Source: the human T2T-CHM13v2.0 reference genome, Homo sapiens
Direction: 5' to 3' (one strand)
DNA: 64,000 nt
NCBI RefSeq assembly: GCF_009914755.1
Contig: NC_060930.1
In this document: positions 27,279 to 46,095 of the stretch, piece after piece
How positions within the stretch are numbered: position 1 is the stretch's first letter
Layout of the letters: every line of letters starts with the position of its first letter
Program-made: the position numbers and the translations under genes
Notes under the pieces: generated by a model
Told to the model about the DNA's origin: nothing
Database searches by the model: none
What the model saw: only the letters and a program-made list of their open reading frames with translations

Positions 27279-27564
27279 TAAAAAATTGTTTTTAACCTGT
27301 GAGCACTCCTTAATATCCATATCAGAAACTATACATTTTTAAAGTTATTAAATATTAAAAATTTCATAGAAATTGAGTAATCTTATTGGTAAGTGTAAAT
27401 GTTTTTCTGAAGTGTTTGATTCATGAGGATATATCTGTTTGGAGGAAGGTGTTTAGTGGAGCTTGACATCTGGGTTTTTAAAAGTAGGAAATTATTATAC
27501 TTAAGCTAAGAATCACTGCTCAAGTAATAGGTTTAGCAATTTTCTGTGCCATTTAGGAAGTTAT

Positions 27565-27823
27565 GTTTATTTTCTTTTTTCTTTTTTTGAGACAGGGTCT
27601 CCTCTGTCACCTGGGCTGGAGTCCAGTGGCACAATTGGGCTCAGCCTCCCCAGTAGCTGGGACTACAGGCGCGAACCACCATGCCCAGCTAACTTTCGTA
27701 TTTTTTTTAGAGATGGGATTTCACCACGTTGCCCAGGCTGATCTCAAACTCCTGGTCAAGCAGTCTGCCTACCTTGGGCTCTCAAAGTGCTGGGATTACA
27801 GACCTGAGCCACCGTGCCTGGCC
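27565..27823 (-). mobile_element. AluJ (internally deleted)
   Basis: Antisense Alu motifs; ggaagttat flanking repeat. Confidence 0.88.
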
Positions 27824-28258
27824 AGGAAGTTATATTCTTAGAATCATCAAATTTTTTTCAAATAAAAAATTTCCAAATACTTTAAATAATATACAAATCA
27901 AGCCTTAGTAGTGTTTACAAGAGTGACATTCCAGAAGCTATGTACTTCTTGCTGTTAATACAGTATATATGGTTATCTGATACTTTCATGAAAAGTACTT
28001 CATAGATTGCGATTGATTACAAATTGTCATTGTAAATGTGCGAAGTACTGTTGATGTATGATTAATCCCATATATGAGTAATACACTAAAATTTAATCCA
28101 CTTAAAATATATTTTCTTCATTGTGTTTTAAATTTTAAAGGGTTTATTTCATAGTGCTAATTTTGTGCCTGTTTGCTTTTGCAGCTTAATTTTCCCATAG
28201 GGTGACGATTTTCACTTAACAGAAGTTGTTTTTACTTTTGAATTGTGAACTTTTTCAG

Positions 28259-28379
28259 GTAGAAGAAGGCTGGTGGAGTGGAACCCTGAATAACAAGTTG
28301 GGACTGTTTCCCTCAAATTTTGTGAAAGAATTAGAGGTAACAGATGATGGTGAAACTCATGAAGCCCAGGACGATTCAG
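28259..28379 (+). CDS. CD2AP: CD2AP exon 5 (121 nt; [24 protein letters not shown]...AQDDS), SH3B C-half
   Basis: tttttcag acceptor, cag|gtagac donor; GWW and [10 protein letters not shown]3 motifs; phase 0 to 1. Confidence 0.98.
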
Positions 28380-29654
28380 GTAGACTATTTTTTAAAATTT
28401 TTAATTGATTTAAATAAACTTTATATAGCATCTAGTGTTTTATTTTGTATTTTTTGAAACTCTGTTCTTTCTTTTGAACTTTGAGTCAGCTTCAATTAGT
28501 CTACTTTAAAAAAGCAAATTATGATGGGGACCTAACTGAATTAAATATCTAGTCCAATAATTTAATATTTTTCTTTCTCTGATTTCTGCTTTAACCTTAG
28601 GTAAATCTTTAGTACCCTGAGTTTAAAATGATTCATCTTAGGTTATCTGATTTCTTCCTAGTAAAGATATATTTATATGCATTTTTGGTCTGCTGAGTTT
28701 GCAAATGGCCTGTTTAATACTTCAGAAATTTTAGAAATAAGAAACAACCTTACTTTTGTTATTTTCTGTATTCACATAATAGATTTTGTTTATTCTGGGC
28801 AGCCAAATGTCATTTAGTTATTTTGTGATGTTAGTTATTTAGAGACTCACCCACAAATTCTTCTTAATTTGCTCACCATTTAAGAGTATGATTGACAAAA
28901 TTTTACCCCAAAGCTAGATTTAAATTTTGTTACTTTTAAGAATTGCTGTTGGAATTAGGAGAGTTTTTTTTGTTTTCCAAAAGAGGTCTTGAATTTACAA
29001 GTGGAAATGTAGGGATAAGAATATGTTTTTCTCGATGGAAATGTATATGTAGTGAGAATTTTCGGGGATTTGCATTAGCTAATATTATTTGGCAATTTTA
29101 TGATTAGTTGGATTTGTAGGTATTAGGAGTAGATCATAACCTTAAGGTTGCCAGTATCATTGGTTTTTGTTTTTAGAACCGGCTTAATGCAAATATATGA
29201 AAACTAAATATTAAAAATAATGAGATGAAGTTGTAAGATTGCTCAGACTGCTTATGTACTGAATACTTGTCATTGTGTCCCAATGCTACACTTATATGTT
29301 TTAATCTATCTTTACATACAAGATCATACTAAGGTGTTAGTCTTCCGTGATGGCAGAAAACTGTGCCTTGGTTGTCTTTGCTTAACTGTAGTTTTTTTGT
29401 TTGCAAAACAGGAATAATTTTTTTTTTAACGTGAAAGGGCTGTTTCGTGCATTGACAGTTTCTAAGCATAATGTTTGCAGCGTCCATAGGTTGTTGTGAG
29501 CTATTAGTTTTTTTTTTCTTGCTTTCTTTTATCAGTACTTTCAGTGTCTTACATATGGAAGAGTAAAAATTTTGAAATTAAGTAGGAAAACATAAAGTTG
29601 GTATAGCAAATGGGTTTATAAACCTCAGTGCACTCAGTGGTAAAAGAATGCAAT

Positions 29655-32866
<3,212 letters not shown>

Positions 32867-32871
32867 GTGCA

Positions 32872-33168
32872 ATTTTTTTTTTTTTTTTTTAACAGGCAGG
32901 GTTTCACTTTGTTGCCGAGCCTGGTGTGCAGTAGCATGATCATAGCTCACTACAGCTTAACCTCCTGAGCTCAAGTGATCCTTCTGCCTCAGCCTGCCAA
33001 GTAGCTGGGACTGTAGGTATGCATCATGATGCACAGCTAATTAAAAACATTTTTTTTTAAGAGATGGGGCCTCACTATGTTGACCAGACAGGTTTTGGAC
33101 TCTTGGCTTCAAGCAGTTGAAGCCTCCCAAAGTGCTGGGATTACAGATGTGAGCCACCACATCTGGCC
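32872..33168 (-). mobile_element. AluJ
   Basis: Antisense dimer with J diagnostics. Confidence 0.9.
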
Positions 33169-33699
33169 AAGAAAATTAATTTTAGAGAAAAAAGTCAGAT
33201 AATATTTTAAAATTTAATAGATGATTCTATTAAACATAATTGATAAAAGATTTCTAGAAATCATTAAGATTATTACTAAAGTTAATGTGCTCTGTTTCTC
33301 ATTCCACCATTTTAGACTTTATTAAGCTCCTTGACACTTTTGTCTTCATCCATAATTATGGTTTGTTTGTACATGAATGATTCATGCAGCTTTTTCCCAC
33401 CTAATTCTTGTATGGAGCCTGCAGAAGAGTCAGGCTTTTGCTGTGGTAGAAAAGAGCATGAAGCAATAGAGCAAGTTCATAAAAATCTAGATATAGAGCT
33501 AGAAAGTCCTAGTACAACCCCTTCATTTTATAGTAGAGAAACCTAAGTCATGATTTACATATTATTTTATATATTTATTTTTGTTAGAACCAGGACTTCT
33601 AAGAATTTGGGCTTTTGGATCCCATTCCTCTATACATTTCCATACTATTATATTACTCATCTCTGGGTCCATCCTTCTAACTCCAGTACAGTGATTTAT

Positions 33700-35300
33700 T
33701 TTGAAACTTTTTTTAACTTGGAGAAAAATTATAAAAATAAAACAAAGACCTCTCTTAGATCCTTTACCCTGATTTACGAATTTTTAACATTTCACCCCAT
33801 TTGCTAACTTATCATTCACCTTCTATCTAGATATCTGTATTTTATCTTTATTCTTTAGTATTTCAATGTGTATTTCCCAAGAATAAAGTTAGTCTCTTAT
33901 GTAACTACAGTACAGTTATCAAAATCAAGACATTTAATATTGATAATATTGTTTATTCTGTAATCTCCATACACCTTTTTTTTATTATTCCAGCATGTTC
34001 TTTATAGCTGTTTTTTTCCTCCCAGTCCTGAAAAGGATTATACATGGAATTTATTTCCAGTGTTTCTTAAATCTGTAATAGTCTTCTAGCCTTTTTCTGT
34101 TTTTTGTTTTCTTGACATTGACATTTTTGAAGAGTTTAGGCTGATTATTTTGTGGAATGGCCCCATTTGTTTGTTTGTTTGTCTTTTTCCCCCGATTCCT
34201 CATGATTAGATTCAGATTATATTTTATTGGCAGGACTATGGAGTGACGATGTCTTATGTAATATTTGGAGGCACATGGTGTCCATGTCTTTTTTTATTGG
34301 GGATGTTAAATTTGATTAAAATTTAATCATAAATTTAGTTACAGCTGTGCTGCCACTGTACTTTTACTGTTTTTCTTCTTACAATAAGTGTTTCATGGAG
34401 AGATACTTTGAGACTATGTAAATATGCTATTCCTCATCAGACTTTCACTCAACAGTTTTAGCATCATGGATAAATTTTACTCAAATAGTTGTTACTATGA
34501 TGGTTACCAAAAATGGTGATTTTCTAATACCATCATCCCTTCTATGTGTATTACTTAATATTTTACTCTAAAGACAAACTTTTGTCTTTCTCCGGTTTAT
34601 GTATTTATCAGTGTGGGCTCATCAGAGGGTTCTGTTTTATTCATCAAGTATCAGTCTATTACCAGTATTATTTATTTTGATAACTGTATGATTTGGCTAG
34701 TGAGAGTTCCTTCAAGGTAACTTCTGTGACTTTTTAAAAAAGTCAACTTTATTGGAGGTACAATTTACATACAGTAATTGTGTCCCTTTAAAATATACAA
34801 TCTGATGAGTTTGACAGATGTATAAATCCATGAAAACATGTACAGAACATTTCCATCACCCCCAAAATATTGCTCATGCTTTTTGCAGTCCATTTCTTTT
34901 TCTGCCCTTAGTCCTAGGCAATCATAGATCTGGTTTGTCATTATGGATTAGTTTGCAGTATTATGTCATTTTGACATGTCTCCATTATTTTCTGTGAACT
35001 TCCTTACTCTGTGATATAAGATATTCCAAGCTCATTTTGAACCTTCCCTACCCTAGTCTTGGAATCAGCTACCTATCAAGGCAAACTTTTTTTTTTTTTA
35101 AGAGAGGAATAGTGTTTGGGCATCAAGATCTGGGTAGAGGTGTGGTCATTGCTACTGGGGTAATGCTTCTGAGCCTGCTTAGTGGATTAAGCTGGGAAAT
35201 GCTTACATGCACATACAATCCCATACCTCTACCCATATGTCTTGATCATTCATCTATTTATCCATCTTTACTAGTACCTCTAATTCCAATTTAATACCAG
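33700..35300 (-). mobile_element. Old L1M (L1MC/ME-like) fragments
   Basis: Degenerate L1M 3' motifs on the minus strand; boundaries approximate. Confidence 0.55.
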
Positions 35301-35374
35301 AAGGTATATTTTCATCTCTAATGATTTTATTTCTAAGCCCATTGACCATAGAAATGTGTGAAATGAGTAATTGA

Positions 35375-35677
<303 letters not shown>

Positions 35678-36148
35678 GAGTTTGCTTTACTTCTAAGGAA
35701 ATTTAATTTTTCTTCCAAGTTTTAGTTATCTAAACATCGCAAGCTACAATTGTGTTGCCTTGTTCGTTTGCTTTTTAGTATAAAAGCCATCTAATATTAG
35801 GCTTGAAAGGATGAATGCTTAGAAAGCAATATTATAATTCGTGGTTTATCAATAAACTATGAGTATAGAAAAACCAACATGAATTTAGTGTCTAAAAGAT
35901 TGATGTAAAAGACACCTCTTGGAATTTTAGAAAGTGACAGGAAAAAATGTTACTTTACATAGTCATAAAATACCAGTAATTGTTCTACAAAGTAGACAGT
36001 ATATATCAGATCTAATAATGAGAGCTAGGAATAATGAGATTGTGAGGAAAAATTGCTGGTATAATACCAGACTTTTGGGTCAGAGTTTTCAGTTAATTAT
36101 AGTAATAATTTTTAAGTTATAAAGTGAAGACATAAATTAGTTTGATGG

Positions 36149-36665
36149 CTCTTTGCCTTCCACCAACAAGTCTTGCATAAGCAAAAGCTTGGATGTGTTG
36201 AAGATGTGGCTTCACCTGAACCCACTGCTGTGGTAGAAGAGGGTATTGTTGCTGGAGATGTAATGGATGTTAATACTGCCACTGCTTTATGGGAGGTTCC
36301 GAAGACCACCCTCATCCACAGTAGCCTAGCAGTGAAATTTGTGAAGCTGGCCAAGCCTTAGACAAGTGGCAAGCTCATGTTTGTGTGCTTGCATCCAACT
36401 GTGATGAGCCTTTGTATGTCAAGTTGGTGGAGGCCCTTGGTGCTGAACACCAAATCAACCTAATGAAGGTTGATGACAACAAGCAACTGTAGGGGAATGG
36501 GTAGGCCTCTGTAAAATTGACAGAGAGAGAAAACCCTATAAAGAAATTGGTTGTGGTTGGGTAGTAGTTAAGGACTATGGCAAAGAATCTTAGGCCCAGT
36601 ATGTCATCGAAGAGTCCTTCAAATGCAAGAAATGAACAAATAAAACTTTGTATCACATTTAAAAA
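36149..36665 (+). pseudogene. Processed pseudogene of 40S ribosomal protein S12 (RPS12), full length, in CD2AP intron 5
   Basis: Intronless match to RPS12 mRNA: ctcttt 5' start; start codon decayed to GTG (36230); [45 protein letters not shown] and FKCKK* (TGA 36633-36635); AATAAA 36639; indels/frameshifts; flanking direct repeat AAATT(T)AGTTTGA. Confidence 0.93.
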
Positions 36666-39600
36666 TTTAGTTTGAGGAATAGTTTGAACTCTGCTATAAT
36701 TTTTAGAATAAACGTGACCAAAGGAAGAAGTGGAAGCTATTTTAACAAGTGAACATTTCTTAACCCTTGTTCTGATTTTCAGTTCTGATTTTCTGAGCGT
36801 ATGTAATCCCTATGTAGTCCAGAGGTGCAAGTATCACATCTCTAGGGGGAAGACAAATGTGAAGTAAGTATGCTAATAGTATAAAATGACTTGCGTTACT
36901 TTAGGTAGGTATAGAAAATGTTGGAGGAAGATATTTCTAAATGTAATACTTTGTTTGCCACTACATTTTGCTTAATATGCAAATTTTCATCTCAGAAATG
37001 TCACAGGAAACATTAGAAAATATAATCTGCAACTTTCTAATTCTTGAAGAGGCAGGGAAAAAGAAGGATGGCTTTTAAAGCTTCTGTCCAAAATTGACAT
37101 GTCATTTCCACTAACATTGTATTTGGTGGTTATGGTCATGCATGCGTAAGTGCAGCAGGGTGGGGATATGTAATTTTCTTACAAGGAGGGGCACCAAACA
37201 TTTGTGTACAGTATTATGCTCTACCATATATTCGTTGTGGATTACCTTTAAAGAATCCCTTTCTTTAAAGCTCATTAGCCTTTCAAAGGAGTTAATTTAC
37301 TCTTACATTAGTTTTTAGCTCTCTGTAAGTGCTACATACTATACGTGCTACAAAGTAATGAAAAAAGCGTGAGCTCCCTGGCTGTTTAATGTGACTTGGG
37401 ATGCCCAGTTGCCTCTCATTTTTAAGTGTTCTTCCACTATTTCTTTTCTCTTTAACTTAGCAATAAACTTGTAAAAATTCTAAATTTTTCTAAGGCTCTT
37501 TAATGAATTAAACAAAAATATTAACAAAAATAGTTCTAGTTGTTTAATTTAGTTTCAATTGTTTTAATAGTTTCAGTTTTCTTTAATGGAGATGCTGATT
37601 GTATTGAAAGATAGAAAAATCATTGAGGTAGGAATCAGTGGAGAAGGAATCATACCAACTAGATGTACTTTCACTATTTTATGTTACATTTATTTGAGAG
37701 TACTCGATAACAATTCTGAAGTCAGAACTGATGTTTAAGGGTGTGTAAAAACCATTAGAGAACATACATAAGTACCAAAAACACGTGGCTTAAATTTAAT
37801 GGGGCATTCATCTCTTAGCAAACTGTCTCCTGAGTTACTTTTGATGCACATTAGTATTTCTTAGGGTTCACAGGTATTGGATCATTTGATACCTACTTTT
37901 AACATTAAAATTTGGTGTAAATTAAAGCATATGAGTGAAATGATCTTTGTGATGCCATATAAAACTGAGCCTTTAAAATATTTACAACTTAAAGTTTGTA
38001 TGGGACCACCAGCACAAGAGATCTAATTTATATTTGAATTTAGTTCATTACTTTTATAATTATAAAATACTTTGCACATTTTCTTATGCTATTCAGCTTG
38101 ATTTGGATTTTAGTAACTGCGCAGAATTTTATCTGTTAGAAATACCCTTCCTTCTTTGTTTAACCCTTTTACAATAACTGTTCATTCTAAATGTGGAGCT
38201 TTGTGATTATGGGGTGGAAAGTCAGTGGTTGAAGTACACTATAATTTTTTTTTCTTTCCCCAACTCTAAATTTTAGGCAAGTTTCTGCATATTGTTGTGA
38301 ATGCCAGGAAGTGAGCATTATATAAGGAGTAACTACTTAAAATTTTCCTGTGTCCTAACAAAGTGTAACAGCCTCTGTCCATAATTGGTGTTTTGACAAT
38401 CTTTTCAGTCAGTAAAATAATTATGTTCCTCGTAGCTGTTAGAAAAATTATAGTAGAATGTACATTATATAAGTGTTTTTTTCTTTTTTGCTTTCATTAT
38501 TGGAATGTCATATCCACTATATTTGATTATATCATATAGTTTCTCCTCACAGTCTTTTAAATTAAATAGTGTTCTCCTCCTCCTCCCTTTCCCTTTTTCC
38601 TCCATCCTCTCTTATGTAGTAATGGGATTATGTTCTTGGTTTGACCAGTTAAACTCTATTACTTGCTAAGTAGATAATTCTGACTCTTAATAATATATGG
38701 ACAATGTTGAGTCTTCACAGATAATTTATTTTTAGATCCTCAGTTTTCATTGAAGAACTGTAGGATAAAAGTTTTAAGAATGCCACCATTATGTTTTCTG
38801 TAGGAATGTGGTGAATTAATCATCTATTCTGTTACTGAGTGGTTTCTATATAAAAGTCCAAGATAAATTTCTTTTAGTATTCAGTCTCAGGGAAAGCATT
38901 GCTTTGCTAGGAAAGTGTTATGTTTCGGTTTTGTAATGTCTCCTTTTTAATTTTGTCAAATATACTTAACCCTTCTTATTTAGAGGGTCTTTTTGTTAAC
39001 ATGCAGATTCCACTTATTTGCTAAATAGGAATGTGTTTTCAAATTTTCCCCTTATTTTATGAAACCAGTGACTGTATATACTTGTCTTTTCCACCCTTTT
39101 CTAAAAGTCTTCCACATTAAACCTCTTTAAGAATCTCCATTTAGATGTCTAATAGGCATCTTAAACCTAAGATGCCCAAAATTGATCCTCTGCCTTTTTT
39201 TCCTGCTCCATGTAATCTTCCCCATCTGAGTTAAGGAGAAATTCATCCTTCTTTTACTCAGGCCAAAATTCTTAGATTTCTCTTGTACTCTTCTTTTTAA
39301 CCTCGCACCCTACCATGATTCATTAACAGATTTTGTCAAAAAATGTTTAGAATCTATTTTCTTTTTACCACCTTCACTGCCGCTATCCTGGTATAAGTTA
39401 TCTTTTGCTGTATAATTACCATAGCCTATATGCCATTACCTACTTACTGAATAGTCTGGTAGCCAGTAGTGATCACCCTCCAGTAGCTTTGCATTTCACT
39501 TAGACTAAAAGCCAAAATCTTTTAAAATGGCTACAAATCCCTCTATGATCTGGCATCCCCATATCCCTCCCTCCACCTTTCTTACCTCATCTCTTATTTA

Positions 39601-39916
39601 ACTTTCCCCTTTGTTCACATTGGTCACCTTAGGTTTCTTAAGGATGTTAGGAACATTCCTCTCTCACAGCCTTTGTGCTTGTTGTATACCTTTGTCTGGA
39701 ATCCTCTTCTTCAAGATGTCCTGATGGCTACTTGTCTGATTCAGGATTCTCTCAGAAATCACCTTATCAGTGAGGCCCTTACTGACAGCTCTGTGTAAAA
39801 CAGCAGAAAGTCCCCATTATCCACTTTTTAATTCTCTTCTCTTTTTTTTTTAACGTTTCAAAGAAGAATTTGTTGCTATTGCTTATTAAGCTTATTGTCT
39901 GTCTACCTGCTCATTA

Positions 39917-39919
<3 letters not shown>

Positions 39920-39983
<64 letters not shown>

Positions 39984-40010
39984 TACACATATATATATAT
40001 GTATGTATGT
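39920..40010. repeat. (TA)n(CA)n compound microsatellite
   Basis: Directly visible. Confidence 0.97.
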
Positions 40011-40129
40011 ATTTGTTTACTCATTGTCTAGAATGGTCTCTGATATGTTGATGCTCAGTGAAACAGTGAATAGTTTTTTGTGGTATATGTAGAACTTTTC
40101 AAACACTTTTGTCAAGTGAAATCCTCTTG

Positions 40130-40612
40130 AGTTTTTGTTGTTGTTGTTGTTTTGGTTTTTGCTTTAAGTTCTGGGATACATATGCAGAACATGCAGGTTT
40201 GTTACATAGGTATAAGTGTGCCATGGTGGTTCCTGCACCTATCGACCCATCCTCTCAATTCTCCCTTCCCCCGCTCCTCACCCCTCAACAGGTCCTGGTG
40301 TGTGTTTCCCTACCTGTGTCCATGTATTCTCATTGTTCAACTCCCACTAATGAGTGAGAACATGCAGTGTTTGGTTTTCTGTTCCTGTGTTAGTTTGCTG
40401 AGGATGATGGCTTCCAGCGTCATCCATGTCCCTGCAGAGGATATGATCTCATTCCTTTTTATGGCTGCATAGTATTCCATAGTGTATATGTACCACATTT
40501 TCTTTATCCAGTCTATCATTGATGGGCATTTAGGTTGGTTCCATGACTGCGATATTGTAAATAGTGCTGTAAATATTGTAAACATATGCATGCATGTGTC
40601 TTTATAGTAGAA
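40130..40612 (-). mobile_element. L1PA 3' end fragment with TSD
   Basis: L1PA 3'UTR; TSD AAATCCTCTT at about 40119 and 40615. Confidence 0.88.
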
Positions 40613-41029
40613 TAAATCCTCTTAGCTTTTAAGAAGATTAATGTCACTCCCATTTTAAGGGTCAAGAAGTGGAAACTCCTGAGATTATTTAACTACTGAG
40701 TGGTAAAATCATTAGAGTTTTGTTTTTCTGATTTCCCAGTTTTTTTTTTTTTAACTTTACTATGCTGTTTAACATATGGGGTATGGAAATTTGGTGGTTT
40801 TTCACTATTGTAGTCCATTTGTTTGCTGCTATCTTCATCTAATTTTCTTTTAGGTATGCTTATAGAACTATCTTTTCATGTACGTTCAGCTCTTTGAGGG
40901 TTGTGAGTAGTAATATGTGCGTATACTAGCATTTCTCATGAAGGCAGGGTATTCCAAAATCTGAAATTTAAAAGTCAAAGCCGGCAAAGGGAAATTCTAG
41001 ATATAAATACAATTGTTTAGTTAATTCAG

Positions 41030-42800
<1,771 letters not shown>

Positions 42801-44889
42801 TGACAACATATATTCAAGATTTGTTTTGTTCTTTTTCTTAAAAAGGAAAAGTGTTGATCATCTTGACATACTAATGGCTGACAAGTAGGAGAGCAGTTGA
42901 AGATGGAAACTCAGAAGAATGGTGGTTATCAGCACAATAGAATTTATCCAGAAGGTGGAGGAAATGCGTTTCACATTATGGCTATTATGATTAGTCTCAA
43001 TTTATTGGAGATAGATCAGAGTTAGTAGGCTTAATGGTAGGAAGCTGAGGAAGATATTTCTGACTTTTAATATCTTCTATAGAAAAGGAGTAATGTTACG
43101 AATAAGTTGCAAAGTGGTGAGGTCAGAATTTTGAGGAGATGAAGAGGTTCCAGCAGGGATTCTTAAATGTTTGTGCCATTTATCCCTCTAGGCTTTACCG
43201 GGCAACTAGATGGATGCATCACACAAAACATTTAAGAAACCCTGATGGATTGTTCTTCAAGAGTTCTAGTCTCTTACAGGTAGAAAAAGTTCATTTTCTT
43301 AGGAGGAGTCAGCTGAAGTTTTATTTGATTATTCAGGTTCTGGAATAGAAGAAAGTGCTCATTGCTGATGAGACACAGGATCCTGGGGAAATGGTTGTAT
43401 ACCTCGTGTGCCAAAGATAGTAGATAGAAATTTGTTAGTCTGCAGGCTAGTCACCAGGAGTCAAGGTATTATACAGTTTACCTTGGGGTCTGTAATCATA
43501 TATTAGTATTCACCTTATACTCCTCCTGGTGAGCAGCTTTGCAAGGAAACTTTTTCTGGAGTTTTGATGCCCTTACTGGTAGTACGTTGTGGATCTTTCT
43601 AAGTTATTGCTAACAGCCAGACCTTCTTTCTATGTGTACTTTTTAGGAACTATGCAATATTGATTGATTTTAAGTCCAGTTAAAACACCCGCACCCACAC
43701 CTGCATGATCGACTTACAAAATCCTTGAGAATAATGGTGAAAGATGACTTTAATGGTGAACTTGGATTGATTCTATTAAATGCTTTTTATTTTCATCAGA
43801 TTTCTTTTTTTTTTTTAAGCTTTCAGTGCAGTTCACATGTGGTTTCTTGTTTCCGTTTTTCTCCAAACAAGTAATTGCATTTTGCAGTTCTTTTAAGTCA
43901 CTTTATATGAAGATACAAGCCATCAAGTAGCTTTTGCTATAGAGATTTAATGAAGAAGGAGGAGGGAGGGTTTAGGCTCGATAGACAGATTTGCTGTTTG
44001 TTTTATGACTGATAGCAACATACATAAAATGCAGATGTTTTTCTTCAAGCATAGCAGTTCAAGGACAATCAGATGGGTAAAGTATATGGGTATTAAAGTG
44101 TTAGAAGTACCATATAGATAAGGTTACTGTTTTGTCTCATTATGGCACCTCCTGCATGCCCTTTTTCCTCCTCCTTTTTCCTTTCTCCTTGCTCCTTATC
44201 CTCTTTCTTCTTTCCAGTGGCTGTTTTCCCTTTTATACTTTACTGCTTCTTTGTGATCAGTGCTCTCTCTGTCACTTATGGTTCTCAGTGATACATCTTT
44301 TAAAGTTTTAAAAAAATAATAGACACTGAGCCAGGCACTGTTTAAAGCACTTCACAGGAATAAATTAGTTTACTTCTCATAGCAATCCTGTGAAGTTCCC
44401 CATTTTACAGGCAAAGAGATTGGGCAAATATAATGGAGGGGGCAAGATATGAATCAAGAAAATTCGACCCTAGAGTTCATATACTTTACCGCTATACCAT
44501 GCTGCCTTGCAACCATTGATTTAATAGCAAACGTGGTAGTAAAATTTGGTATTTTTCATTTAGCCAAAAATAGCCTATCCATTAGTACTGGACATTTTTG
44601 ATATCTAGCCATCTATTTTAATGATATATATTTTAATGACTCTAATAAAGGTTACAGTCACTAAATCCAAACCCCCTTCCCTGCCTTTTTTTTTGTTTTA
44701 TGGCCTTAATCAAATACTCAAACTGTGAAAATTGTACTTTAGAATAATCTCTTAAAGTTGTCTTTATCAATATATGATTTATTAATACCATGGATAGTTT
44801 CATTTTAAAAATGCCTTTTAGATATGCACCTAATATACTAATCTGTATCAGAATATTGCTTTGTCCAACAGGCTGGTTATTGGAGGTAT

Positions 44890-46095
44890 ATATTAAAACT
44901 ATATAGAATACACTTCTGGCAATGCAGGAGCAAGATGGTATGGAATTCACTTTTCCACCATACAAACTTGAGAACTGGAGAAAATATAGGAAGCAAATTT
45001 TTCCAAAAAGTAGACTGCACAGGACTGGTATTCCTGAGAAAAGGGGAAAAAACAAGGGGAAAGGAGAGCTCTACCATTGTCCTAGGTTTCTGCCAGGAGC
45101 TAATTTCTGAACTGCATTATAAGGAAAGGGGACCTAACCACAGCAGAAGGCTATGGTTTTGTTGAGGATTGATCAAAATTCAGGGAAACAAAGGCAGTTA
45201 GAATTTTGTGTTGCTGAACACCTGAAGTGAGAACTATATGTAGAGAGCGCACCAGAACTGTTCTTGGGTGTTGTTTTGAGGGTTTAGCTGAGCACCAGTC
45301 TGTGAATGCATACAGTGAAACCCCAGAGACTGAACATGAGCAGCTTGTGAAGAAAGAGCAATTACTAGGGGTTAATATGAGCAATTTCTGGTATGCTTAT
45401 ACAAGGCCAAGAATTGAGTTCTTTCTCTCTAGATTTCAGAGATTTTATTGACTACATGGGCAATTCAGTAGAGAGGCGAAGTGGGGCTAAATTAGCCTTA
45501 GAATGGAGGTTGCTCTAATCCTACCCTAAAAAAGCTTCACACTAATGTGCAAATAACTTACCTGCTTGCCAGAAAAAAAAATTAAAAATTTGCCAGCACT
45601 CGTTAAAGTAGAACTTCTCAACCTTGTCACTGAAGATGTTTTGGGCTGGATAATTGTTTGTTTTCAGGGGCTCTCTGGCACATACAGGATGTTAAGAAGC
45701 ATTCCTGATTTCTGCTAACTAGATGTCAGTAACACTCCCCCATTGTAATAACCAAACATGTCTTCAGTTATTGCCTCATGTCTCTTGGAAGGCAGAATCC
45801 ACCCTGACTGGAAATAACTGTTGTAAAGGATTACTGTAAAATTTAACATTCAACAACATCAAAATTTTAAATAAGTACTAGGTATATCAAGAAGCAGGGG
45901 CCGGGCGCAGTGACTCATGCCTGCGCCCGGATCCACTGCGATGGTGTACAAGTGCTGGGTGACGAATTGTTCTGTATCTTGTTGTATTTACATGGTGCGA
46001 CATTTGTCAAACATTACTGAAATGCATATTTAAAACGGGTTCATTTTATTCATTGTAAACATTCTCTCAATGAAGTTGAATGTTAAAAATATATT
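44890..46095 (+). mobile_element. Old L1M remnant: 5' region joined to 3' end through a deletion junction
   Basis: L1M-like 5' sequence 44890-45898 and L1M 3' terminus-like sequence 45941-46095. Confidence 0.5.
45606..45820 (-). mobile_element. MER20 hAT-Charlie element
   Basis: ttctcaacct...ttttgggctggataatt...actagatgtcagta...aataactg. Confidence 0.75.

Noticed and set aside
36173-36361. 62-aa ORF as a functional RPS12 retrogene
   Set aside because: Start codon lost; frameshifts and premature stop
43400-43800. Unique-looking stretch as a possible pseudogene or exon
   Set aside because: No recognisable homology or convincing splice-site pair by eye
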